DNA of 64,000 bases. Source: Bacteroidales bacterium (lineage in GTDB: Bacteria; Bacteroidota; Bacteroidia; Bacteroidales; WRLA01). Of this stretch, positions 1-11,252 are shown in pieces (the first letter of the stretch is position 1; the number at the start of each line of letters is the position of its first letter). The translations under genes and the position numbers were made by a program. The notes beneath the pieces were generated by a model. That model was given only the letters and a program-made list of their open reading frames with translations, did not search any database and was not told the origin of the DNA. The stretch covers positions 4,732,555-4,796,554 of the forward strand of contig OY781097.1 of the NCBI GenBank assembly GCA_963676415.1. Reading direction: 5' to 3'.

Positions 1-1
1 A

Positions 2-3000
2 TACACTTTCGCCAATTGGGGCATCCATCAAGTGGAACTCACCGTAACTGATGAAAATGGTTGCCTGGGCACAATACAACACAATGTTGTTGTGGACAGC
101 CTCCCCTTCCCGGGCTTTACATACGATAATCAATGCGTGGGCGAAGTCATCAATTTCACAGATACATCGCATGCTAATGGCTCACCAATTGTCAGCTGGT
201 ACTGGGATTTCGGTGATGGCCACTACAGTACACAACAAAACCCAACCCATATTTTTACAACACACAGCCCGTTTACTGTAAGTCTGACAGTAACTTCAGC
301 ACGCGGCTGCAGCGATTCTATCAGTCAGGTGGTTTTGATGAACCCTCCCTTTGATATTGACTTCTCAGCCGACAGCGTTTGCTTTGGACTGGAAACCCAT
401 TTCAATGACGAGCTTCTGACACCGGGAACTGTTATCGTAAGCCGTGAATGGGACTTTGGTGATGGCAATACCGGCAGTGGCGAAGACCCAACACACACCT
501 ACGCCCTTGCCGGAAATTACAATGTAATGCTCACTGCTATAGATGACTGGGGCTGCATAAAAATCGTAAACCACGTTATTCCGGTTTACCCTGCACCAGA
601 ACCCGATTTTGATTATACTACGCCCTGCGAAGGACTGGCCACAGAATTTACCGACCTCACTCCCGTAACGGGTTCAGGAATTGCCAGCAGATTATGGAAA
701 TTTGGCGACGGCACTACATCAACCGAACAAAACCCGAACCACACTTATCTGAATGACGATATCTATGAAGTTTGGCTGATTATCGAAAACGGCAACGGCT
801 GTATCGACTCCGTGAGCCAGAACGTGCCGGTTTATTCGGTTCCGGTGGCCGATTTCAATACCACACATAATTGCATCGGGCAACCGACACACTTTATCGA
901 TAATTCATCATCACCGGTAGGGAATATCATTAGCTGGGCATGGGATTTCGGCGATGGAAACACTTCCACAGACCAAAATCCAACACATTATTACGCGGCA
1001 GCAGGCGACTTCACCGTCGAGCTGATTGTAAGCAATATAAACAGCTGCACCGATACCATTAGCAAAACCGTCAGCATTTATCCGCCACCTACGGCAGATT
1101 TCTCTGCGGCACCGCTTTGCCTGAACAACCCAACACAGTTTACGGATCTCTCCTCTGCTCCCGGAGGAAATATTGTAAGCTGGTCCTGGGATTTCGGCGA
1201 CGGTTATTCCAGCAACGACCAAAGCCCGGCGCATACCTATGCCGCTTCCGGCGATTATGATGTACACCTGATCGTTACCGATGAAGAAGGCTGCACCAAT
1301 GATACCACAAAAACCATTACGGTTTATCATTTGCCGGCACCGAACTTCACCTACATCAATGCCTGTGAAAACGATACTACATATTTCTTCGATGCCTCAG
1401 CTCCCAATGGCGGCAGTATTGCATCACGTTTATGGAAATTTGGCGACGGGACAACATCTACCGATGAAAACCCTTGGCATATTTATAGCTTAGGAGGAAT
1501 TTATGATGTAACACTCATCATCAGCAACAGCAATGGCTGTACCGATTCCATTGTGAAGCAGGTAGAAGTCCTGCCTCCGCCAATGGCCGATTTTAATGCC
1601 GACAGCGTTTGCTTTGGTGAACCGACACACTTCTTCGACAATTCATCCAGCACCAGCGGAAATATCAATTCCTGGGTATGGACTTTTGGCGATGGAGATG
1701 GCTCCACCGATCAAAACCCAGTACACACATATGCTGCACAAGGCATTTATGACGTACAACTGATCGTAACCAACCTCAATGGCTGCCGCGATACTGTAGT
1801 CAAAGAAGTTGTTGTGCATCAATTGCCTGTAGTTGATTTCGAAAGCGATGAAGCCTGTTTGGGCGATTCCACGCATTTCACCGACCTCAGCACATCCGGC
1901 GGTAACCTCAGCAGCTGGTTCTGGGAATTTGGTGATGGAAATACTTCCACTGTTCAAAACCCAACTCATCTGTTTGCCTCAGCTGGAACTTTCAATACCA
2001 CACTGACAGTAAGCGACGAATTTGGCTGTCAGAGCGATCACAGCGAAAATGTAATTGTGCATCCGCTTCCTGTTGCAGCTTTCAGTTTCAATTCGGTGAC
2101 GTGCTCCAATGATACTATTTTCTTTACAGACGAGTCATCTTCTGCCGCAGGCATCAGCAGCTGGCTGTGGGATTTCGGAGATGGGGCAACATCCACAGCT
2201 CAAAACCCGTGGCACATCTTCCCGTCCGGTGGAAGCAATTTCGTAACACTCACTGTTACCGACGGAAATGGATGCGTGAACAGCATCACACATGAGCTCT
2301 ATATTGCTCCTCCACCTGAGGCAGATTTCGAATATTCAGGAACCTGCGCCTCCATGACCACACAGTTTACTGATCTTTCTTCAACCATTGAAGGAACACT
2401 CATATACTGGCATTGGAATTTCGGCGATCCGGCTTCCGGCATCTACAATACTTCGGAACTGCAAAACCCAACACATATCTACACCACGGAAGGTGATTAT
2501 CAGGTACAGCTCATTGTGCGCAATACGGCCGGATGTGAAGACACCCTGGTTCAAACGATCACTATTGATCCCGATCCGGATGCGGATTTCACTTTCAACA
2601 ATCCATGTGCGCACGATACCAGCTATTTTGCTGATGCATCTGCGCCGGCAACTGCGCCCATAAATTCATGGTTCTGGGAATTTGGCGATGGCCATACCAG
2701 CACGGATCAAAACCCATGGCACCTCTTCACTACCTCCGGGCAGTATATGGTCAGCCTAACGGTTACCGACGACAACGGATGTGCCAATACCGAAACCAAA
2801 ATGGTAGTCATTTATCCATTACCCACAGCTCTCTTCCAGGTAGAACCAAGCTGCGCCGGGCTGATCACACATTTTACAGATTACAGCAACGGCGGTGGCG
2901 CTGACATCACTAATTGGTATTGGGATTTCGGCGATCCCACTTCCGGGGCAAACAACTACAGTACAGCACAAAACCCAACGCATATTTTCAGCACAGCCGG

Positions 3001-6000
3001 GCTTTACAATGTAACACTCACGGTTGTCAATGCACACGGCTGCAGTAATGCCACTACCCTACCCATCGAAGTGCTCAACGCTCCTGTAGCTGATTTCGAA
3101 GCGGACACCGCTTGTAAAGGGACACCAACTTACTTCAATAACCTGTCCTATGATATCGACGATGTAATTGTAAGCTGGTACTGGGACTTTGGCGATGGCT
3201 CAACAAGCACGCTCCAATATCCGTATCACACCTACGACGAAGCAGGCACGTATATCGTTTCGCTGGTCGTAACCAATTCTATTGGCTGCACCGATAATAT
3301 TGCCAAAGAAGTTGTGGTTCATCACAATCCGGAAGTTGAATTCAGCTACACAGATCCAAGCTGTTTTGGCGATTCCATACAATTCTTTGATGAAACCTAT
3401 TTCACCGGAAGCAATATGGTGGACAGCTGGTTATGGTATTTTGGCGATGGCGATTCTTCCCTACTCGAAAACCCAAAACATTATTACGAATTGCCCGGCA
3501 TGTATGTGGTTACACTCCAGGTATATGATACCAGCGGGTGTTTCGGAAGCAAACAGGAAGAAATCTACATCCATGAACCACCGGCTGCCAATTTCAGCTG
3601 GATCGTTCAAAACTGTGATAGCGCTTACTTCACCGACCTGAGTTATGATTCTGACACCACAATCGTACATTGGCAATGGAATTTCGGTGATCCCGCATCG
3701 GGAAGCAATAATGTTTCCAATGACACAAATCCGGTGCATCAATATCTTGTTGGCGGCGATTATGAAGTCAACCTGATTGTCACCAGTGCGCACGGCTGCA
3801 TCGACAGCATCACCAAAACAGTTAATGTCAGTATGCCAGATGCAGGATTTACCGTTGATTCGGCCACACTCTGCAAGAATACGGCTACACAATTCTATGA
3901 CAACAGCAACCCCAATGGCGATTTTTTCGTAAGTTGGCTATGGGATTTCGGTGATGGCACAACCAGCACCCAAGAAAACCCAACACATAATTATGCCAAT
4001 GCAGGCAATTATTATGTCAGCCTGCTCGTCACCAATTCGCAGGGCTGTGAAGACACCGAAACGCACAGCGTACAAATCAATCACGGTCCGCTGGTTGATT
4101 TCGAATACAGCTACCCGAACTGCCTCGGCGACAGTATCCATTTCACCGACCTCACAAACACCTACGGTGGCGTACCGATCACCTCATGGTTCTGGGATTT
4201 CGGCGATGGCAACACCTCTACCGAGCAAAACCCGGGACACATTTACACCTCATCAGGCACCTACAATGTTTCCCTCAGGGTGAACGATGCCAGCAACTGC
4301 CCCGATTATCTGGTAAAACCGGTTTATGTCAGTCCGCTCCCAATGGCACATTTTGAGCACAACATCACCGGTTGCGACACGGTTCAGTTCACCGATCTTT
4401 CCACCGATATTGATACTACGATTGTCGCTTGGTACTGGAATTTTGACGATCCAACATCCGGCTACAACAACATCTCCACAAATCAACATCCTGTACACGT
4501 TTTCCACAACGCAGGCGATTATGATGTAAGCCTGATCGTAACCAACGCTTTGGGCTGCCAGGATACTATAAACCAAACAGTGAACATTTACCGCCCGGAA
4601 GCTGATTTCAGCATAAGCAGCGACAGCAGCTGTATGAATATTGAAGTCTATTTTACCGACGAAAGCGAAACCTATGGTGATGTGATCACTTCCTGGCTGT
4701 GGGAATTTGGCGACGGACAAACATCCACAGCACCGAATCCTTCGCATTCGTACAATGATTACGGTGTGTTTGACGTGAGTTTGACCATCACCACCGCTTA
4801 TGGCTGCTCCGATGTAAAAGTCCTCCCGCTTTATATTTATCCGGGACCGGATGCCGAGTTCTCCATGGAATACCCCAGTTGCCTCGATGATTCCATTCAG
4901 TTCACCAATGAATCCTCCGGCGCAGGCAATATGCCTCTTGTTGGCTTCTATTGGGAGTTTGGCGATGGCAGCACATCTACCGAAGAAAATCCAGCCCACG
5001 AATATGTTATGGCCGGAGAATATTTCGTAACACTGGAAGTTACCGACGAACGCGGCTGCACCAGCCAGATATCGCATCTGCTTACGGTCAGCGAACGTCC
5101 GATGGCCGGATTTAACTATGATGTACACCTTTGCGATACGGTATTCTTCGAAGATGCCTCCGAAGATAACGACACTACCATCGTAGCCTGGTTCTGGGAT
5201 TTCGGCGATCCGCTATCCATCTGGAACAACCAGTCCACACTGCAAAACCCAAGTCACGCCTACCATGAGGAAGGCGATTATACAGTAACCCTGATTGCAA
5301 CCAATGCCTATGGCTGCCGCGATACCGTTCAGGACATCATCACCATCATCAGGCCGGAAGCCGATTTTACTGTAAACGATGACTCTGTTTGCCTCGGAAC
5401 AGCCATTGCCTTTGAAGACATCTCCGATCCACATGGCGGCAATATTATTGACTGGTTCTGGGATTTCGACGACGGAAACACAGCCAACGTTCATAACATA
5501 TCGCATGTTTATGACGAGCCCGGCACTTATTACGTTAGCCTGACCATCACCAACTCACTGGGCTGCCAGGACAATAAAGTCAAGCCGGTTCATGTGTTCT
5601 ATCCTCCTGTAGCTCAGTTTACTTATGATGATGTTACCTGCCTCGGCGATTCCATACATTTTGAAAACGAATCATATACCACAGGCGTAAATTCTATTGT
5701 AAGCTATAACTGGAACTTTGGCGATGGCAGCACATCCACTGAAGAAAATCCGGTGCATTATTTTGATGATCCCGGTTCATATTTCATAACACTTACCATC
5801 ACTGATGATGCCGGTTGTATTGATGTTGCTTCGGAATATATTGAGATATATCCCGCACCATTTGGTAATTTCAACTTCCAGACGGTGGATTGCGACACAA
5901 CCTATTTTACAGACGAAACCATCGACAATAATGCAGCAATCACAAGCTGGTACTGGGATTTTGATGATCCTGCTTCGGGGTGGCAAAATTACAGTACGGC

Positions 6001-9000
6001 ACAAAACCCATCGCACCGCTTCCTCAATGCAGGCGATTATGAGGTACAGCTGATTGTTACCAATGCACTGGGCTGCGTGGACACTGTGTTGCGCACTGTC
6101 AGCATCCACCTGCCCACCGCAGAATTCAGCACCGATGTGGTTTGTGCAGGCTTACCTACCACGTTCACAGATGAATCAAGTGGCAACGGCAGCGCCATTG
6201 TAAGCTGGTTCTGGGAATTTGGTGATGGCGGAACATCAACAATACCAAGTCCTTCCCATACCTATACCAACAGCGGAATCTTCCTGGTGACCCTCACAGT
6301 AACCAATAATGCCGGCTGCATTAGTCAAAAAACCGAGCAAGTCGTTGTGAACCATTTGCCTATTGCCAATTTCACACATGATGCACCAAACTGTAACGGT
6401 TTGCCTGTTCAATTTACTGATGCATCGAGTATGGCCGGAGGAACAGCCATTACAAGCTGGAACTGGGATTTCGGTGACGGATTTACCAGCACCGAACAAA
6501 GCCCAAGTCATCTGTATGAGGCCGCAGGAAGCTACTTTGTTGTTCTGACGGTGGAAGGAGCCAATGGCTGTGCCGATGACACTACCATGACGGTTACCAT
6601 AAACCCAACACCTGATGCAAACTTTGTTTATAATATCGTAAACTGCGACACCTCTTATTTCACGGACATCAGTGCTCCGGGTGGTGCAAATATTATTTTC
6701 TGGGAATGGAATTTTGATGACCCGGCTTCGGGTTTCTTCAACACCTCCAATGAGCAAAACCCATGGCATGTGTACGAAACAGCCGGAACCTACAATGTTC
6801 AGCTCATCGTGACCAATACCAATTACTGTAAAGACACTATTGTTAAACCGCTGATTTTCGATCCTCCAGCAGTACCGGAATTCACCTACGATACTGTATG
6901 TTTTGGCGACAGCACGCATTTCACAAACCTTTCTACAGGTCCGAATATCCTGCTCTACGAATGGACATTCGGAGATGGATTCTTCTCCTACGACGAAAAT
7001 CCGGTACACAAATACACCGCTCCGGGCTCGTATAACGTAACTCTGCGTGTTACAAATTCAATGAGCTGTGTGGATTCCATCACACATGAGGTAATTGTTA
7101 ACCCATTGCCTGATGTGGCTTTCACAACTTCCGACAGTGTTTGCTTCGGAAATTCAGTCAATTTCTTCGATCAAACGATTCCAAATGCCGATAGTATCAG
7201 CGCATGGCTGTGGAATTTCGGCGATGGAAGCACTGCAACGGTACAAAACCCAACACACGATTACGCCAGTGGTGGCAGCTTTGTGGTAAGCCTCACCGTA
7301 ACCAACTCCAATGGCTGTGTTGATTCAGCTGTGCAGGCTGTCTTTGTCAATCCGCTGCCGGTTGCCGATTTCACTTTCGATTCGGCTTGCCTCGGCTACC
7401 CGACACAATTCTTCGATCAGTCCACATCACAATATAGCTATATCGTAAACTGGCAATGGGATTTCGGCGATGGCTCCGACACACTCGGCCTCCCGAACCC
7501 ACCGCACGTTTATGAAAACTATGGCGATTTTGATGTGACGCTTATTGTGGGCGACCTGCTCGGTTGCACCGATACAATTACAAAAGAAGTACATGTGCAT
7601 CAGCCACCAACCGCTGATTTCACGGTTTCTTCCGATACCATTTGTTTGGGCGACACCACTTTCTTCATCGACCAATCCATTGGCAACGAAGCCGGAATTG
7701 CAAGCTGGAACTGGTATTTCGGTGAGCCATCATCCGGCGCAGCCGACTCCAGCGAACTGCAAAACCCAATTCATGTCTATGATACCGCAGGAACATATTA
7801 TGTGCTGCTCATCGTAACCGACAGCAACGGCTGTGTGGGCGATATCCTGAAGCCCGTTGTGGTAAATCCAAAACCCATCGCCAACTTCACATATTCCGCA
7901 GCATGCTCCAATGAAGGTGTTGAGTTTATCGACTTATCGGCCATTAACCAGGACGAAATCGTAAGCTGGAACTGGAACTTTGGCGATGGAGAAACATCTA
8001 CGGAACAAAACCCAATACACTTTTACGACCCAACAAATGTGGATACAACATACAGCGTAACACTTACAGTACAGGCATTGAACGGATGTATCGACAGTGT
8101 AACGCAGGACGTGTCCATTACCGCGGCACCGGTTGCTGATTTCAGCTATGCCGATGCCTGCCTGGGCTATCTGGTAGATTTCACGGATCTGTCGTCCACC
8201 TACAGTGGAATGATTGTGGACTGGCAATGGGATTTCGGTGACGGGGCAACATCAAGCCAGCAGCACCCATACCATTTATATGCACTTGCCGATACTTTTG
8301 ATGTGCAGTTGATAGTGACCAATTCCTGGGGCTGCGTGGACACTACGGTGAAATCCGTCATCATCCACAATTTGCCACTGCCCGAGTTTGAAGCCGATAC
8401 CGTTTGCTTTGGCGATACCACACATTTCACTGATTTGTCCTTCTCGGAAGGCGAAGTAAGCGAATGGCTGTGGCATTTCGGTGATCCATATTCCGGCGAC
8501 AGCGACACCTCAACATTGCAGAACCCCGAGCACTGGTACACCCGTGCAGGAATTTTCAATGTAACACTGGAAGTTGCCGACACCAACGGATGCCGCACTT
8601 CAATAATGCAACAGGTACTGGTGAATCCACTGCCGGTTGCTGAATTCCATTTCGAATCAGCGACTTGCCAAAACCAGGCCATCGACTTCGAAGACCGCTC
8701 GTACAGTCCGGGAGGAGCCATACACGAATGGCACTGGGATTTCGGCGACGGAACCGTCATCACAATTTATCATCCCGGCAATCCGGATGTAAGCCATACC
8801 TACACCGAACAAGGCAACTTTACCGTTGGCCTTACCGTGGTCGATACTAACGGCTGTAGCGAATACACCGAACATTACATCACGGTATATCCGCTCCCAA
8901 CGGCCAATTTCACATTCTCGGATACCGCTTGCGAAGCCGCCCTGATTTACTTCCAGGATTCGTCCATAGCGCAAAACACTCAGCTAAAATCCTGGTTCTG

Positions 9001-10690
9001 GGACCTTAATTATCCAAACCAGTATTACAGCCCGCTGCAAAATCCATATTTTTATTATCCTGAAACCGACATGACCTACACTGTTATGCTGGCCGTTGAG
9101 GATCAGCACGGTTGTGTGGATACCATATTCAAACAGGTTTATGTGAAAAAAGGATTTGAAATCGACTTCCTTGCAGATACGGTTTGTTTTGGAACGCCGA
9201 CCAGCTTTACCGATTCGGTACTTTCGCCCACAGGTGATTCGCTGATTAACTGGAGCTGGAATTTTGGTGATGGAGCTACATCATCCGAAGAAAGCCCGCA
9301 AAACACTTTTGACAATCCCGGCATGCACTTCGTAAGCTTGCAGGCCAATAATCAGGATGGATGTCCGGCTACGGCCACCAAGGAAATCCTGGTTTATGCA
9401 TTGCCCGAACCGGCATTCCGTGCGGCGCCGGCAGGTTGCGAAGACAGCACTGTATTTGAAGACCTGAGCCTTTACCAGAGCGATTCGGTAAACAGCTGGA
9501 CATGGCGCTTTGGCGATGGAACGGACACTACCATTTTATGGCCCGACAGCCCGGATGTGTTCCATTTCTATCCACCGCAGGACAGCACTTATCTGGCAAC
9601 GCTCATCATCGAAAACAGCCGCGGCTGTATCGATTCCATCCAGCAGGATGTCGTGCGTTATCCATGCCTCTTTGTTGATTTTGGCGAAGAAGGCGTGCTC
9701 TGCGACGGTCAAACCGCTACTTTCCGCGATTACAGTTTCACAGGAAGTGAAGATGTGCAAATGCTCGACTGGGAATGGTTCTTCGGCGATGGCAATTCGG
9801 TTTATTATACCGAGCAGCAGGATACACTTTACCACACCTATGCCGCTCCGGGCACATACATGGTAGAACTGGTCATCCGTGCCGAAGGAAATAACGGCAT
9901 CGTACGCGATACTTCACGCCATGAAGTGACCGTTTACAACTCGCCCCAGTCTGAGTTTAATTTCGATAAGTTCTGCGTGAAAGCACCCACGGAGTTTACC
10001 GATTACTCCTTCGTTGACTTTGGCGAAATCGACCGCTGGTACTGGAATTTCGGTGATGGATTTACCAGCCGCCTGCAAAACCCGGAACATGTTTACTTCC
10101 AGGATTCGGTTTATGAAGTGCAACTCGTAACCCAAACCACCGACGGCTGTACCGATACGGTAAAACATAACTTAGAAATCCACGCACTGCCGGAAGTTTA
10201 TCTGGTACCTGATGAAAACAGGGGCTGCGGTGACTCGCTCCGCTTTACTTTCCGCGATACCAGCGCGCAGCAACATGAAGTTTATCGCTGGACTTTTGAT
10301 GATGACGAATTCGTCAATACGGATGAAGACTTCATTAGCAAACTGTTCTATTATGGCGAACACGAAGTAAAACTCAGGGTAACATCGCCATGGGGCTGTA
10401 TCAACAGGGATTCTGCCAGCATTGAGCTCACAAGAAAACCCATTGCCGGCTTCCATCTCTACTCCGACAGCATCAGCATTCTGAACCCACGAGTTCAGAT
10501 TACCGACGAATCGGAAAGCATGGACGCCCTGATCGAATACTGGCACTACAGCTTGGGCAACGGATACGATACCCTGACGCGCACTTTCGACTATATGTAC
10601 AGCGATACAGGACATTACCATATCGAACAAATTGTTCAGGATTATAACGGCTGCCGCGATTCCATCTCGCATAAAGTCTTTATTTATCCC
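2..10690 (+). repeat. Tandem array of PKD-module coding repeats (~260 nt unit), with a higher-order ~760-nt three-module unit between ~3320 and ~6870
   Basis: The GDG-TST-QNP-H-Y motif recurs about every 85-90 codons. Module subtypes recur in the fixed order A-B-C, starting near 3320, 4080, 4840, 5600 and 6350. Confidence 0.85.
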
Positions 10691-10972
10691 GAGCTCACTT
10701 TCCATATTGCAAATGCGTTTACACCCAACGGAGACGGAGTTAATGCCACCTTCAAGCCGCAAGGCAGATATTTTGAAGATAAAGCATATAACTTCCAGAT
10801 TTTCAACCGATGGGGACAGTCCATTTTTGAAACATTTGACTATAATGAAGCCTGGGACGGAACCTTCAATGGCGATCCGGCCCCGGTTGGACTGTACACA
10901 TGGGTAATTACGGTTACAGATACCTGGGGTGTGACCTATACGTACGATGGCTATGTAGTTCTCATTAGATAG
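2..10972 (+). CDS. Giant secreted PKD-repeat protein, 5'-truncated by the window edge, with a T9SS type-B (gliding-motility-associated) C-terminal sorting domain
   Basis: The reading frame is open from base 2; residues before the GTG at 32 read YTFANWGIHQ, the tail of another PKD module. There are roughly forty tandem ~85-90 aa modules with the signature W-x-W-(D/N)-F-G-D-G-x-T-S-x-x-Q-N-P-x-H-x-Y ... G-C-x-D. The last ~90 aa carry NAFTPNGDGVNATF...FNRWGQ...WDG, typical of type-B T9SS CTDs. Confidence 0.9.
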   Translation, partial: YTFANWGIHQVELTVTDENGCLGTIQHNVVVDSLPFPGFTYDNQCVGEVINFTDTSHANGSPIVSWYWDFGDGHYSTQQNPTHIFTTHSPFTVSLTVTSARGCSDSISQVVLMNPPFDIDFSADSVCFGLETHFNDELLTPGTVIVSREWDFGDGNTGSGEDPTHTYALAGNYNVMLTAIDDWGCIKIVNHVIPVYPAPEPDFDYTTPCEGLATEFTDLTPVTGSGIASRLWKFGDGTTSTEQNPNHTYLNDDIYEVWLIIENGNGCIDSVSQNVPVYSVPVADFNTTHNCIGQPTHFIDNSSSPVGNIISWAWDFGDGNTSTDQNPTHYYAAAGDFTVELIVSNINSCTDTISKTVSIYPPPTADFSAAPLCLNNPTQFTDLSSAPGGNIVSWSWDFGDGYSSNDQSPAHTYAASGDYDVHLIVTDEEGCTNDTTKTITVYHLPAPNFTYINACENDTTYFFDASAPNGGSIASRLWKFGDGTTSTDENPWHIYSLGGIYDVTLIISNSNGCTDSIVKQVEVLPPPMADFNADSVCFGEPTHFFDNSSSTSGNINSWVWTFGDGDGSTDQNPVHTYAAQGIYDVQLIVTNLNGCRDTVVKEVVVHQLPVVDFESDEACLGDSTHFTDLSTSGGNLSSWFWEFGDGNTSTVQNPTHLFASAGTFNTTLTVSDEFGCQSDHSENVIVHPLPVAAFSFNSVTCSNDTIFFTDESSSAAGISSWLWDFGDGATSTAQNPWHIFPSGGSNFVTLTVTDGNGCVNSITHELYIAPPPEADFEYSGTCASMTTQFTDLSSTIEGTLIYWHWNFGDPASGIYNTSELQNPTHIYTTEGDYQVQLIVRNTAGCEDTLVQTITIDPDPDADFTFNNPCAHDTSYFADASAPATAPINSWFWEFGDGHTSTDQNPWHLFTTSGQYMVSLTVTDDNGCANTETKMVVIYPLPTALFQVEPSCAGLITHFTDYSNGGGADITNWYWDFGDPTSGANNYSTAQNPTHIFSTAGLYNVTLTVVNAHGCSNATTLPIEVLNAPVADFEADTACKGTPTYFNNLSYDIDDVIVSWYWDFGDGSTSTLQYPYHTYDEAGTYIVSLVVTNSIGCTDNIAKEVVVHHNPEVEFSYTDPSCFGDSIQFFDETYFTGSNMVDSWLWYFGDGDSSLLENPKHYYELPGMYVVTLQVYDTSGCFGSKQEEIYIHEPPAANFSWIVQNCDSAYFTDLSYDSDTTIVHWQWNFGDPASGSNNVSNDTNPVHQYLVGGDYEVNLIVTSAHGCIDSITKTVNVSMPDAGFTVDSATLCKNTATQFYDNSNPNGDFFVSWLWDFGDGTTSTQENPTHNYANAGNYYVSLLVTNSQGCEDTETHSVQINHGPLVDFEYSYPNCLGDSIHFTDLTNTYGGVPITSWFWDFGDGNTSTEQNPGHIYTSSGTYNVSLRVNDASNCPDYLVKPVYVSPLPMAHFEHNITGCDTVQFTDLSTDIDTTIVAWYWNFDDPTSGYNNISTNQHPVHVFHNAGDYDVSLIVTNALGCQDTINQTVNIYRPEADFSISSDSSCMNIEVYFTDESETYGDVITSWLWEFGDGQTSTAPNPSHSYNDYGVFDVSLTITTAYGCSDVKVLPLYIYPGPDAEFSMEYPSCLDDSIQFTNESSGAGNMPLVGFYWEFGDGSTSTEENPAHEYVMAGEYFVTLEVTDERGCTSQISHLLTVSERPMAGFNYDVHLCDTVFFEDASEDNDTTIVAWFWDFGDPLSIWNNQSTLQNPSHAYHEEGDYTVTLIATNAYGCRDTVQDIITIIRPEADFTVNDDSVCLGTAIAFEDISDPHGGNIIDWFWDFDDGNTANVHNISHVYDEPGTYYVSLTITNSLGCQDNKVKPVHVFYPPVAQFTYDDVTCLGDSIHFENESYTTGVNSIVSYNWNFGDGSTSTEENPVHYFDDPGSYFITLTITDDAGCIDVASEYIEIYPAPFGNFNFQTVDCDTTYFTDETIDNNAAITSWYWDFDDPASGWQNYSTAQNPSHRFLNAGDYEVQLIVTNALGCVDTVLRTVSIHLPTAEFSTDVVCAGLPTTFTDESSGNGSAIVSWFWEFGDGGTSTIPSPSHTYTNSGIFLVTLTVTNNAGCISQKTEQVVVNHLPIANFTHDAPNCNGLPVQFTDASSMAGGTAITSWNWDFGDGFTSTEQSPSHLYEAAGSYFVVLTVEGANGCADDTTMTVTINPTPDANFVYNIVNCDTSYFTDISAPGGANIIFWEWNFDDPASGFFNTSNEQNPWHVYETAGTYNVQLIVTNTNYCKDTIVKPLIFDPPAVPEFTYDTVCFGDSTHFTNLSTGPNILLYEWTFGDGFFSYDENPVHKYTAPGSYNVTLRVTNSMSCVDSITHEVIVNPLPDVAFTTSDSVCFGNSVNFFDQTIPNADSISAWLWNFGDGSTATVQNPTHDYASGGSFVVSLTVTNSNGCVDSAVQAVFVNPLPVADFTFDSACLGYPTQFFDQSTSQYSYIVNWQWDFGDGSDTLGLPNPPHVYENYGDFDVTLIVGDLLGCTDTITKEVHVHQPPTADFTVSSDTICLGDTTFFIDQSIGNEAGIASWNWYFGEPSSGAADSSELQNPIHVYDTAGTYYVLLIVTDSNGCVGDILKPVVVNPKPIANFTYSAACSNEGVEFIDLSAINQDEIVSWNWNFGDGETSTEQNPIHFYDPTNVDTTYSVTLTVQALNGCIDSVTQDVSITAAPVADFSYADACLGYLVDFTDLSSTYSGMIVDWQWDFGDGATSSQQHPYHLYALADTFDVQLIVTNSWGCVDTTVKSVIIHNLPLPEFEADTVCFGDTTHFTDLSFSEGEVSEWLWHFGDPYSGDSDTSTLQNPEHWYTRAGIFNVTLEVADTNGCRTSIMQQVLVNPLPVAEFHFESATCQNQAIDFEDRSYSPGGAIHEWHWDFGDGTVITIYHPGNPDVSHTYTEQGNFTVGLTVVDTNGCSEYTEHYITVYPLPTANFTFSDTACEAALIYFQDSSIAQNTQLKSWFWDLNYPNQYYSPLQNPYFYYPETDMTYTVMLAVEDQHGCVDTIFKQVYVKKGFEIDFLADTVCFGTPTSFTDSVLSPTGDSLINWSWNFGDGATSSEESPQNTFDNPGMHFVSLQANNQDGCPATATKEILVYALPEPAFRAAPAGCEDSTVFEDLSLYQSDSVNSWTWRFGDGTDTTILWPDSPDVFHFYPPQDSTYLATLIIENSRGCIDSIQQDVVRYPCLFVDFGEEGVLCDGQTATFRDYSFTGSEDVQMLDWEWFFGDGNSVYYTEQQDTLYHTYAAPGTYMVELVIRAEGNNGIVRDTSRHEVTVYNSPQSEFNFDKFCVKAPTEFTDYSFVDFGEIDRWYWNFGDGFTSRLQNPEHVYFQDSVYEVQLVTQTTDGCTDTVKHNLEIHALPEVYLVPDENRGCGDSLRFTFRDTSAQQHEVYRWTFDDDEFVNTDEDFISKLFYYGEHEVKLRVTSPWGCINRDSASIELTRKPIAGFHLYSDSISILNPRVQITDESESMDALIEYWHYSLGNGYDTLTRTFDYMYSDTGHYHIEQIVQDYNGCRDSISHKVFIYPELTFHIANAFTPNGDGVNATFKPQGRYFEDKAYNFQIFNRWGQSIFETFDYNEAWDGTFNGDPAPVGLYTWVITVTDTWGVTYTYDGYVVLIR

Positions 10973-10990
10973 CAACAGGTTTAAGGTTAA

Positions 10991-11019
10991 AGCCCCGGAG
11001 AGGTCCGGGGCTTTTTTTG
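10991..11019 (+). terminator. Rho-independent terminator of the PKD gene
   Basis: Stem AGCCCCGGA / TCCGGGGCT followed by a T-run, 20 nt after the stop codon. Confidence 0.8.
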
Positions 11020-11252
11020 TTTTCAGGATATTCGCCTCGGGACTTACAGCTCGAAAACCCACAATAAAATTCAGGGAATCTTTCACTTTTACCATAATTT
11101 CGCATCTAATCGAAATAGATTGTTTATATTTGAGCATGAATTTTTTTAGAAGTTGATGCTGTAGGTGATGTAATAGTAATTGGGGTGGGTTTATAGGCAG
11201 GAGTTGTAGGAAAAAATAAGGGCTGACACACCAATGAAATTGAGAATTAGAA

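Noticed and set aside
2-10690. Possible CRISPR-like or satellite array, because of the strict ~260-nt periodicity.
   Set aside because: The periodic units are protein-coding PKD modules in one open frame, diverged at synonymous and non-synonymous sites. There is no repeat-spacer structure.
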